NCBI GenBank assembly: GCA_963806325.1
Contig: CAWDXL010000016.1
Span: 68,043-132,042, forward strand
Source of the DNA: Candidatus Parcubacteria bacterium
GTDB taxonomy: Bacteria > Patescibacteriota > Minisyncoccia > Phycocordibacterales > JAKAEA01
DNA length: 64,000 nucleotides
Direction of reading: 5' to 3'
Position 1 is the stretch's first letter. Each line of letters begins with the position of its first letter. The notes under the pieces are model-generated. The model was not told the origin of the DNA. It ran no database searches and saw only the letters and a list, made by a program, of their open reading frames with translations. The translations under genes and the position numbers were made by a program. Shown here in pieces: positions 56,192-64,000 of the stretch.

Positions 56192-56608
56192 ATGATCACA
56201 CGAAGCATATTTAAAGCGTACGACGTGCGGGGGTTATATCCCCAAGAAGTCAACGACGAATCTGTTCGGGCTATTTGTGAAGCTCTTGTTGAAATGTGGC
56301 CAGCAGGGGATGTTGTTGTTGCACACGATGGCAGGCACGGTTCGCAGAAGCTGGCCAAACGTGCTGCCGATGAGATTGTACGCGTAGGGCAAGCAGCGGG
56401 CAAGAAATTTAATAGTATCTTTGTAGGTTTGGCTACCACACCAATGTTTTATTTTTTGGTGAATCATTTTAATGCTGTCGGCGGTGCAATGATCACTGCT
56501 TCCCATAATCCAAAGGAGTACAACGGTGTTAAAGCAGTGTGTGCCGCAGCGCTGCCGGTGAGCGGGACGGAGCTTCTTTCTATAATCGACAAACGCCATG
56601 GACTATAA
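56192..56608 (+). CDS. Phosphomannomutase/phosphoglucomutase, N-terminal part (domain I)
   Basis: FKAYDVRGLYP and the catalytic loop TASHNPKEYNGVK. It ends at TAA 56606-56608. Confidence 0.85.
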   Translation: MITRSIFKAYDVRGLYPQEVNDESVRAICEALVEMWPAGDVVVAHDGRHGSQKLAKRAADEIVRVGQAAGKKFNSIFVGLATTPMFYFLVNHFNAVGGAMITASHNPKEYNGVKAVCAAALPVSGTELLSIIDKRHGL

Positions 56609-57473
56609 AAAAATATACATTGATTTCTTGAAGAAAAAAATAGACATTAAGAAACCGCTGACAGTGGTTTTTGATGCATCAAACGGTCCAGCCGGCATGA
56701 TTGTAAAAGGCCTCTGGGAAGGAACGTTGGTAAGACCTATTATAATTAACGATAATCTTGATCCAGATTTTAAGGCCCATGGACCCAATCCGCTTTTAGA
56801 AGGGGCTTCAAACGATTGTACGCGAATGATAAAAGAACATGGTGCCGATATCGGTGTCATATTCGATGCAGACGGGGATAGAGCTATTTTTGTTGATGAT
56901 CAGGGTATTGTTGTTCCGTCCTGTTTTATTGCTGCGCTTATGTTTAAAGAAACAAAACCTCCGTATGTTGCTGATGAGCTTGTATATCAGTCACTCCGTA
57001 TGCTCGATATTATTCCTGAAAATGATATCTTGCCGTCCCGTATTGGAGCGCGGTTTATAAAAGAGAGAATGAGAAACGACGGGGGGACAATCGGTGCTGA
57101 AAATTCAGGCCACTATTACTTCAAAGAATTTTTCAATGCCGACTCTGGAATTTTTTCCGCTATCATGGTGCTCAATGCTCTATCAAAAATGAATCAGTCT
57201 ATTTCGGCATGGAAAAAACAATTTGCTGAACATACTGTATTTACGAAGGAAATAAAAATTGAGGGAAAAGATATGGCAAAAATTTTGGCTGTTATCGAAC
57301 AGCGCTATAAAACATCAGCAAAACATATGGATAAGCGTGACGGTCTGACGCTTGTATTCGATACCGCATGGTTTAATATTCGGGCTTCAAATACCGAGCC
57401 GATCCTGCGTATTATTGCGGGGGGGTCGGGTGATATGCAGAAAAAGGCGAAAGAGATTGAAGTGTTTATTTAA
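56598..57473 (+). CDS. Phosphomannomutase/phosphoglucomutase, domains II-IV
   Basis: The metal loop FDADGDR, the sugar loop GAENSGHYYF, and the phosphate-binding RASNTEP. Confidence 0.85.
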   Translation: MDYKKIYIDFLKKKIDIKKPLTVVFDASNGPAGMIVKGLWEGTLVRPIIINDNLDPDFKAHGPNPLLEGASNDCTRMIKEHGADIGVIFDADGDRAIFVDDQGIVVPSCFIAALMFKETKPPYVADELVYQSLRMLDIIPENDILPSRIGARFIKERMRNDGGTIGAENSGHYYFKEFFNADSGIFSAIMVLNALSKMNQSISAWKKQFAEHTVFTKEIKIEGKDMAKILAVIEQRYKTSAKHMDKRDGLTLVFDTAWFNIRASNTEPILRIIAGGSGDMQKKAKEIEVFI

Positions 57474-57530
57474 ATTATATGGTAGAGTTATGGCATTACA
57501 ACATGCTGTAAGTTTTTTATCATATAACTC

Positions 57531-60473
57531 ATGAAAAAATATCAAACGCTTCTCTCCTTCATTATTATTTTACTATTCGCTTCGGGCTGTGCTGTCTTTA
57601 TCTACGCATCAGCTCGTCAATTGTCTCCTCAACAAAAATTGGCCGGCGCGGCTGCAGCCACTCCGACCGGCGGCACATGCTGTTTTGCTGTGTATGGAAT
57701 TGATAACCCTGGACAGAGTGGAATGCTTCAAAAAACAGCTCAGACATGGCTCAATAATCAGTCGGGATGCAGTACAAAACAAATTTTTCCTGCAGCTAAT
57801 TTCAATAGCGATGAATTAAAAGGTCAATACAATTGTTCATCTGTAAGTGTTTTTCATGCCGAACACGGTCCGATCTGTGCAAAAGTAGCAAATGTAGCCC
57901 AGGTCTGTGTTGATTCATTCGGGTGCAATATAAGTGTTCACAGTCTCTCATGTCAGTCATTTAAGGATATACCAACGGCCCAGCAGTATATTGCCAGTCT
58001 TCAAAGCAGTCTCAAAGGACAACAAACTGTTTCTGTTACTGGACAGCAATACTATGGCTGGATGGATAGTAATCCAAGCGAATATGCCTTTGATGAAGCC
58101 ACCTTTACCGTGACAGCGACTCAGACGAACTGTTCAGTCGGGGAGTGCAGTGCGGCAGGTTTAACATGCGGCCCTATTGGAAGCTCTGCGCAATGTAAAG
58201 ATGAGGGTGGTAGTGTTGTGACTCAGAATTGCTGCCCAGTTGATAATTCCATCTCTTCTATTACAGGACAAGAGAATGGTGTGACCGCTGATCCTGGGCA
58301 GACGTGTGCAAATGCAAAAACACAAGGAGTGTGCACCGGTGATCCTAGCAATTGGAATCTTTCTCATGGGGTGGAATGTCCCAATCAATGGACATCTGGT
58401 ATGACTCAGGACGTTCCTGCTCAGCTTGTGCAAACATGTACGACCAATAGCATGTGCCAATATACGTGCGGATCAGGTTCAGTATATGTCCCAGCAACTG
58501 CAACCGCTGCCGCTGATTGTTCGCTAGGAAATACATGTATAAATCAGCCGAATAATGCTACTATGTGTGACCCTATAAATGGCGACCAAGGTTTGACAGG
58601 CGAAACACAGAGTAAATTGGTAGATAGCTGCCTAACAGGGACAAGTGCCACAGATAAATGTACCTTTATATGCAATATCGGCTACATCAAGCAGGGTGAT
58701 GTGTGCGTGCCGGATCCTGCAGGTATGCAAACGCCCGATGGCTGTGATCCCATGATTATCACTGCCACCGTCAAAGATTCAATAGGAAATCTAATGCCGA
58801 ATACAAAGGTTCAACTTATTGATACTTCAGCAAATCCGAATGTGACATTTGCCAGCACTACCGACGCGACCGGCAACGTTGTTTTTCAGAACCTGGCTAT
58901 GTTGATATTTAAGGATAAATACTCACTCACAGCATTGAGTCCTAACGCTGCAAAATATGATGACTCAAATCCTGTCGCTATCGCTACCAACGTCAATACT
59001 CAAAACTATGCAAGCACACTAGAACTTTTGTTTAATGGTAGCCCTATCACCGATATTACCGTCACTCCAAATCCTGCGAGCAGTAGTAGTATTACAAATA
59101 CTGGTACAGGTAGTATTGCTACCATCAATTGGAAAGCTCCGGATTTTCGATCAACACAGACGTATAGAATTGATCTGATGGATTCTACTGGCCACACGCT
59201 CATTAAAAATATTACTCCATCCACAACACTATCAAGCGCTGGTTATTCATGGAATGGGGATCCGTCAATCCCAGCCGGCCAGTACAAGATTAAGATAACT
59301 GCTGTTGTTCCGGGTGTGACAAGCTCAAGCCCTACTACTTTTTTAAATTTGAGCCCGGTTTTTAATCTCGTTACATTAGTGTCTCCTGTTGTAACTATCA
59401 CGAGCAATACGGGCCTTACCCCTGCTACCGCCATTGCTTCTGGTTCGAATATTACTCTGGCATTCACTATTAATTATGGGAACGATCCAACAACGTCCTG
59501 CAATGCAAGCGGTGCCTGGGGTCCTGGTCTTGTCGGCATATTGCCTAGCAGTCAGACTCAGCCTATACAGAATGTCACTACAACATCAACTTACACTCTA
59601 ACCTGTACAAATCGTGCAGGTACAAATAGTGCTAGTGTTACGGTGTATACTATAGCTCCCACTTTCACATTGACGAGCACTCTTGTGCCTCCAGTAAGCG
59701 GAGCAGCTTGCGCTGCCAAAACATTCACAATATCTCTCAATCCTACAACACCTCTTCCATCTGGATTTACGTATACAGCAACAATTTATACTGATTATAA
59801 TGTATTGGGAACACTTACATCACCATCTCAAACACTTAATGCTACCATTACAACAAATACTTCCGGGGTTGTTGTTAGTGCGAGTGGTGCCGGTCCTTTT
59901 ACATATCCTCTTAGCACGACAGCTGCAAATTCTCCGCTTAATCAAAGTGCAAAGATTGTGCTTATAAATGCGAGTGGTGCTATCGTTGGTACTTACTATT
60001 CCAATATTATCTATGGCTCTGTTCCTACAGGGGTATGTAATAATGGTACACCAGCATTTACCTTGAGCGGAACAGCATTTGGTCTTGCCATGGCAAACAC
60101 CTCTTGTGTTCCGAACAATACTCCGTTCACTGTAATTCTTTCAGGCACAAACATTCCCGCAGGAACCAATACATACGCAGTGACACTCTACGCGATGAAT
60201 GCTGTGGCCGATTATATACCTCTTGCAACAACAGACACCAGCTCCTTGCCGTTTACAACATCGCTTGTCGTGAAGTTTCCGTCGGCGGGAATACCTCCTG
60301 TGGGGAGTGTAATCTTTGACGGTAAAAATCTTGGTAGTGATACCGGATACGAACCTGTCTATGCTAAAGTTGCTATACAAAATTCGGCGGGTACTACTAT
60401 TGGGACATATACCTCTGCCATACAAACTGTGGTCACCCCCGACTATCCGATCAATACACCGATGTGTAAGTAG
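57531..60473 (+). CDS. 980-aa secreted/cell-surface protein (Cys-rich N-terminal half, Ig-like repeats)
   Basis: An N-terminal TM/signal anchor and a dense Cys region at residues ~210-400. One module (…SNITLAFTINYGNDPTTSCNASGAW…TYTLTCTNRAGTNSASVTV) is shared with the 62038 protein. Confidence 0.7.
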   Translation: MKKYQTLLSFIIILLFASGCAVFIYASARQLSPQQKLAGAAAATPTGGTCCFAVYGIDNPGQSGMLQKTAQTWLNNQSGCSTKQIFPAANFNSDELKGQYNCSSVSVFHAEHGPICAKVANVAQVCVDSFGCNISVHSLSCQSFKDIPTAQQYIASLQSSLKGQQTVSVTGQQYYGWMDSNPSEYAFDEATFTVTATQTNCSVGECSAAGLTCGPIGSSAQCKDEGGSVVTQNCCPVDNSISSITGQENGVTADPGQTCANAKTQGVCTGDPSNWNLSHGVECPNQWTSGMTQDVPAQLVQTCTTNSMCQYTCGSGSVYVPATATAAADCSLGNTCINQPNNATMCDPINGDQGLTGETQSKLVDSCLTGTSATDKCTFICNIGYIKQGDVCVPDPAGMQTPDGCDPMIITATVKDSIGNLMPNTKVQLIDTSANPNVTFASTTDATGNVVFQNLAMLIFKDKYSLTALSPNAAKYDDSNPVAIATNVNTQNYASTLELLFNGSPITDITVTPNPASSSSITNTGTGSIATINWKAPDFRSTQTYRIDLMDSTGHTLIKNITPSTTLSSAGYSWNGDPSIPAGQYKIKITAVVPGVTSSSPTTFLNLSPVFNLVTLVSPVVTITSNTGLTPATAIASGSNITLAFTINYGNDPTTSCNASGAWGPGLVGILPSSQTQPIQNVTTTSTYTLTCTNRAGTNSASVTVYTIAPTFTLTSTLVPPVSGAACAAKTFTISLNPTTPLPSGFTYTATIYTDYNVLGTLTSPSQTLNATITTNTSGVVVSASGAGPFTYPLSTTAANSPLNQSAKIVLINASGAIVGTYYSNIIYGSVPTGVCNNGTPAFTLSGTAFGLAMANTSCVPNNTPFTVILSGTNIPAGTNTYAVTLYAMNAVADYIPLATTDTSSLPFTTSLVVKFPSAGIPPVGSVIFDGKNLGSDTGYEPVYAKVAIQNSAGTTIGTYTSAIQTVVTPDYPINTPMCK

Positions 60474-60516
60474 TTTTCAAAGTTTTTTCTTAAGAAGAGC
60501 AGAGGCATTGGTATAC

Positions 60517-60546
60517 TTGACTTTTTAGGTATATATGTGGTATAAT
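60517..60546 (+). promoter_or_regulatory. Sigma70-like promoter TTGACT-N18-TATAAT (TGg extended -10)
   Basis: The -35 is at 60517-60522 and the -10 at 60541-60546. Confidence 0.45.
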
Positions 60547-60610
60547 CAGAATTAGTTGGCTGTAGCTCTTTTCGAGTAGAAAACAACACTTTTTGCTTTT
60601 TGGAGGCTTT

Positions 60611-60838
60611 ATGAAACTGTTTGTTTTGCTGGTCCTCGGTCTCGCAATGTTTTGTGGGGCCGGCTGTACGGTGGTGGTGGCCGAGCGTCTGCCATCACCC
60701 CGATATTGTTACGTGGAGCGATGGACGCTCCACGACAGCCCCGAATGGGTCTGGGTAGGACCTGGCCCGCATGATTGTCGAATTCTGCACCACCATTATT
60801 ACCAAACCAGGGAATTGGTCAGGGTGCAGAGGTGGTAA
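60611..60838 (+). CDS. Small putative lipoprotein
   Basis: GGAGG lies 5 nt upstream of the ATG. MKLFVLLVLGLAMFCGAGC has a lipobox-like GAGC. Confidence 0.5.
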   Translation: MKLFVLLVLGLAMFCGAGCTVVVAERLPSPRYCYVERWTLHDSPEWVWVGPGPHDCRILHHHYYQTRELVRVQRW

Positions 60839-60861
60839 AATTTTTCAAGGGAATATTCCCG

Positions 60862-60899
60862 GCGCGATCAATTGTTAATTACGACAGATCGCGCTTTTT
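60862..60899 (+). terminator. Rho-independent terminator
   Basis: gcgcgatc ... gatcgcgc followed by tttttg. Confidence 0.65.
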
Positions 60900-60934
60900 G
60901 ATTGCACGAAAGGACTGCTGTTACAACTCGTCTG

Positions 60935-60963
60935 TTGAACTGAACCAAAAAACATACTATAGT
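60935..60963 (+). promoter_or_regulatory. Sigma70-like promoter TTGAAC-N17-TATAGT upstream of mscL
   Basis: The -35 is at 60935-60940 and the -10 at 60958-60963. Confidence 0.45.
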
Positions 60964-60999
60964 AGCTGGGATTAAATTATTACACTAATTTTATTACTC

Positions 61000-61401
61000 A
61001 TGTGGAAAGAATTTAAACAATTTTTGCTTCGGGGGAATGTGGTGGATCTCGCGATTGGCGTCGTGGTCGGCGCGGCGTTTGGCACGGTAGTCACGTCATT
61101 GGTTTCTGATTTATTGACGCCACTCATCGCAGCAGTGGCAAAAGTGCCAGATTTTTCCGGACTTCTCTTCACGATAAATGGCAGTAAGTTTATGTATGGA
61201 CACTTTATTAATACGCTTATCTCCTTTATTCTGGTAGCAGCAACAGTATTCTTCTTTGTGGTGAAGCCAATGAATCTGCTCGTATCTCTTTCACACAAAG
61301 AGCCGCCGGCCGATCCGACGACAAAAAAATGCAAAGAATGCCTCAGTGAAATTCCCATTGACGCCAAACGCTGTGCTCATTGCACGCAGCCGGTAGTCTA
61401 G
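61000..61401 (+). CDS. mscL: Large-conductance mechanosensitive channel MscL with a C-terminal zinc-ribbon tail
   Basis: MWKEFKQFLLRGNVVDLAIGVVVGAAFG is the MscL signature. The tail is CKECLSEIPIDAKRCAHC. Confidence 0.92.
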   Translation: MWKEFKQFLLRGNVVDLAIGVVVGAAFGTVVTSLVSDLLTPLIAAVAKVPDFSGLLFTINGSKFMYGHFINTLISFILVAATVFFFVVKPMNLLVSLSHKEPPADPTTKKCKECLSEIPIDAKRCAHCTQPVV

Positions 61402-61889
61402 TCAGATTTTGATTTCCAAAATTCTCCCCACTCTTTAAGAAAATCAGAGCTGCTCCAGAGCTTGTCGAAGCCGACGCCTGATATTATTTCGATGCCATTT
61501 TTTTGGCATGTTTTCCATTCCGGAATTGTTGAAGCGTCGATTCTGTCGCCGCCCTTTGTAAATATGTGAGGTTTTATTTTTTCCAACGCCACACAAACTG
61601 TCTGATCATTGAATATTTCAAAAGGAATAACATAATCGACGCCTCTCAAGTGTGACACTATGTGGCATCGGGTTGCCAAATCCATAAAAGGCTTACCTTT
61701 TTTGACCCTTAAAAAATTATCACCATTCACAATCACCACAAGCGTATCTCCGTAGTGCTTAGATTCGTAGATGCATGACACATGTCCCGGATGAATTGGA
61801 TCAAATCCTCCTGATGTACACACTATTTTACCTAACGCGGGGCGCAGTTTTTGAAATTCATCAAACGAAATTGTGCGCGCCGGTTTCAT
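61398..61889 (-). CDS. Cytidylyltransferase-like (HIGH-motif) nucleotidyltransferase, RfaE domain II-like
   Basis: VCTSGGFDPIHPGHVSCI is the CTP_transf_like H.GH motif. Confidence 0.75.
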   Translation of the reverse strand: MKPARTISFDEFQKLRPALGKIVCTSGGFDPIHPGHVSCIYESKHYGDTLVVIVNGDNFLRVKKGKPFMDLATRCHIVSHLRGVDYVIPFEIFNDQTVCVALEKIKPHIFTKGGDRIDASTIPEWKTCQKNGIEIISGVGFDKLWSSSDFLKEWGEFWKSKSD

Positions 61890-62037
61890 GCAGGGAAGTA
61901 TAAAGCATGGCGGAGATTTAATAAAGTAATAAGATTTTTTTCCACATATGCACCACTATCCTTTTGCGCTATATATAAGGTGTTGTATTATGGTGGAGTA
62001 CCTTACCAGCATAATCAATATCATTTCACTTAATCTT

Positions 62038-64000
62038 ATGAAGAAATTATTATCATTCGGGCTGGTGCTCCTTGCGCCGTTTGCACTAGCTGCAACAGCA
62101 ATTTTTATTCCCGCTTCGACCGCAGCAGCAAGTACCCCTTCTGTGACTTTTACTGCAAATCCCACATCAGTTGTCCAGGGATCAGCGTCAACCCTCACCT
62201 GGGCTATTAATAGCGGCGGCGATCCAAATCTGTTTTGTTCCGCACAAGGAACCAATGTTGGGCCTAAAAGTGATGGTTTTCCTTGGATTGCCACATTAAA
62301 TGGGTCAGGGCCGACGGCATCCGGTTCATTTGCAACGGGGGGTCTCTACAAAACGGGTAATACATATACGTATTCGATAAACTGCTATGATACTGTAGGC
62401 GGTCCAATTCTTGCTTCTGCAAGTGTTTCAGTTACCGTTGTTCCTCCAGCAGTTACATATCCATCGATGACTCTCACTGTAAGTCCAAATCCAATAGATC
62501 CCGGTATGTCATCTACACTTTCTTGGACGGTGAATAATGGCGGAGATTCAAATGCGACATGTTTTCTTAATGGAGACATGGATGGCAGTGGTACAATAGT
62601 AAATACACCAATTCCAGCAACCAACGGTTCTCAGCTCGTAGGTCCATTTAAAAACACAGATGGGGGAGGACACTATGCTATTTCATGCACCAATTCATAC
62701 GCTACGCAATATGCGTTTGCTACGCTTACTATCAATCCGCCGCAAGCAACTCCTCCAATAGTCACTATCACATCTGCTCCAGCTTCAGTATATTCAGGAT
62801 CGTTTCCTATGTTAAGTTATACGGTTGATTGGGGTAATTACCCAGCCGACTGTCTTGCAATAAATGATAATACCGGCAGTGTTATTGCTGATGTTCCAAC
62901 AAGCACCGGGGGGGTGGGAAGTATTCAAACTGCCCCTATGTTGCCAATAACAACTGCCACTACGTACACAATAAAATGTACAAGTGCAGGGGGGACAGGC
63001 AGTAGCGCCCCGGTTACAGTGGCTATTAATACCCCTGTTCAAAATCCGAATTCATCGTTGTCAATAAATTTGGTAGCGACTCCAACGAGTGTAAGCTCCG
63101 GCGGAGCCTCAGAAATCAGCTGGACTGTGAGCGGTGGTGATTCTGGATTGCAATGTACAATTATTGATGATGCAAACGGTGCGTCTCAAGTAATCTATAG
63201 TACGCAGATAAATACAGGTCCGCTTACTGCCACAACAGGATTTACGCTGAATTGCACAGATGGTGCAAATACAAACAGTGCTACCGTTACAGTGAATGTC
63301 TCTGCTCCCACATCTCCTGTAATTCAAACTCCGACCCCAACAGCTACTACCACAATACCTGCCTCCCCCTCCACCATCTACACCACCCCTACCGTCCACC
63401 TCACTGCTACTCCAACGTCAGTAAGCTATGGTATGGGCTCTACCCTCACCTGGGCAGTCTCAAACGGCGGTGATCCCTCAACTTCTTGTAATGGAACAGG
63501 CGGCTGGAATGGTTCACTCTCAGCCACGGGTGCCTCCTGGTCTACCGGCGCGCTCACCACGACCACGACCTACACCCTAACCTGCACCAATACTGCTGGC
63601 CAAAATAGCGCAAACGTCACGGTGACGGTTGCCCCTCAAACTATCCAATCAAATGTAATCACTGCTACTCCTCAGTCATCCACCTATGCTCTGCCAACAG
63701 CTACTATCCACGCCACACCGCTCTCGGTTATGGCTGGTCAATCATCCACCCTCACCTGGACAGTCAATACCGGCGGTGATTCAGGAACAACCTGTACTCT
63801 CAGTGACTCCAACAACAACTCTGCCCAGGTCTCAGCCGGCACCAGCCAATCAACCACCGGCCCTCTCTCTACTACTACCACCTATACCTTCGACTGCACC
63901 AACTCCGCTGGTCAAGGCTATCCAGTGAGTGCTACCGTCGTCGTTGTTGGAACTGCTGCCGCTGCCACACCCGTAATCACTCCTACGACATCCGCGACTG
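62038..64000 (+). CDS. Secreted protein with at least 6 tandem ~85-100-aa two-cysteine Ig-like repeats (3' end outside window; absent from the ORF track)
   Basis: The ATG is at 62038, the signal peptide is MKKLLSFGLVLLAPFALAATA, and there is no stop up to nt 64000. The repeated pattern is ...TPTSV..G.sSTLTW.V..GGD....C......TTTYTL.CTN.AG.NSA.VTV. Confidence 0.8.
   Translation, partial: MKKLLSFGLVLLAPFALAATAIFIPASTAAASTPSVTFTANPTSVVQGSASTLTWAINSGGDPNLFCSAQGTNVGPKSDGFPWIATLNGSGPTASGSFATGGLYKTGNTYTYSINCYDTVGGPILASASVSVTVVPPAVTYPSMTLTVSPNPIDPGMSSTLSWTVNNGGDSNATCFLNGDMDGSGTIVNTPIPATNGSQLVGPFKNTDGGGHYAISCTNSYATQYAFATLTINPPQATPPIVTITSAPASVYSGSFPMLSYTVDWGNYPADCLAINDNTGSVIADVPTSTGGVGSIQTAPMLPITTATTYTIKCTSAGGTGSSAPVTVAINTPVQNPNSSLSINLVATPTSVSSGGASEISWTVSGGDSGLQCTIIDDANGASQVIYSTQINTGPLTATTGFTLNCTDGANTNSATVTVNVSAPTSPVIQTPTPTATTTIPASPSTIYTTPTVHLTATPTSVSYGMGSTLTWAVSNGGDPSTSCNGTGGWNGSLSATGASWSTGALTTTTTYTLTCTNTAGQNSANVTVTVAPQTIQSNVITATPQSSTYALPTATIHATPLSVMAGQSSTLTWTVNTGGDSGTTCTLSDSNNNSAQVSAGTSQSTTGPLSTTTTYTFDCTNSAGQGYPVSATVVVVGTAAAATPVITPTTSAT

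Noticed and set aside
1-64000. Alternative genetic code (TGA recoding, as in some CPR lineages)
   Set aside because: TGA terminates well-defined genes, for example ABC-F at 11986-11988 and DUF1653 at 21044-21046. All recognisable proteins are full length under code 11.

Overview
The window looks like a contig from a small-genome, CPR/Patescibacteria-like bacterium using the standard code. That assignment is an inference from gene content only: a SWIB-domain protein, PilMNO, many membrane-anchored repeat proteins, and little biosynthesis. TGA acts as a stop, for example at 11986-11988 and 21044-21046.

The core regions (1-22850 and about 43200-64000) carry DNA repair and recombination genes (mutM, ruvA, ruvX), ribosomal proteins S20 and L19, and 7 tRNAs. 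They also carry a Mur ligase, an AT-rich glycosylation cluster, an ABC-F ATPase, MgtA, and pilMNO. The right half adds several NUDIX hydrolases, a MarR plus heterodimeric ABC exporter locus, a Panacea/RelE-type toxin-antitoxin pair, and MscL. It also has two very large secreted repeat proteins. One of these, at 62038 to beyond 64000, is missing from the supplied ORF track because it runs off the window edge.

The main feature is an AT-rich integrative element of about 20 kb lying directly after tRNA-His (about 22854-43160). It starts with a large serine recombinase split by a -1 frameshift in an A7 tract, plus a resolvase-fold paralogue that lacks the catalytic serine. Next comes a replication-type module (CHC2 zinc finger and an AAA_25-like ATPase) and an 800-bp non-coding hub. 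The hub holds a palindrome, GGGTAA iterons, a near-consensus promoter and a structured leader.

The element's cargo is a co-directional seven-gene array (30406-38489). It consists of:
- a 1520-aa SF1 helicase with a DUF559-like nuclease and zinc ribbons;
- a HEPN-motif protein and an unknown partner;
- VRR-NUC and DUF2726 nucleases;
- an ASCH/DUF3850 protein with a transmembrane tail;
- an NT5C deoxynucleotidase.

After the array come a Schlafen/AlbA_2-type ATPase, a zincin-ASCH fusion, a kinase-like ORF and a truncated second recombinase. I regard the seven-gene array as the best candidate for an undescribed defence-type system. All homology statements come from motif recognition by eye, with no searches run.
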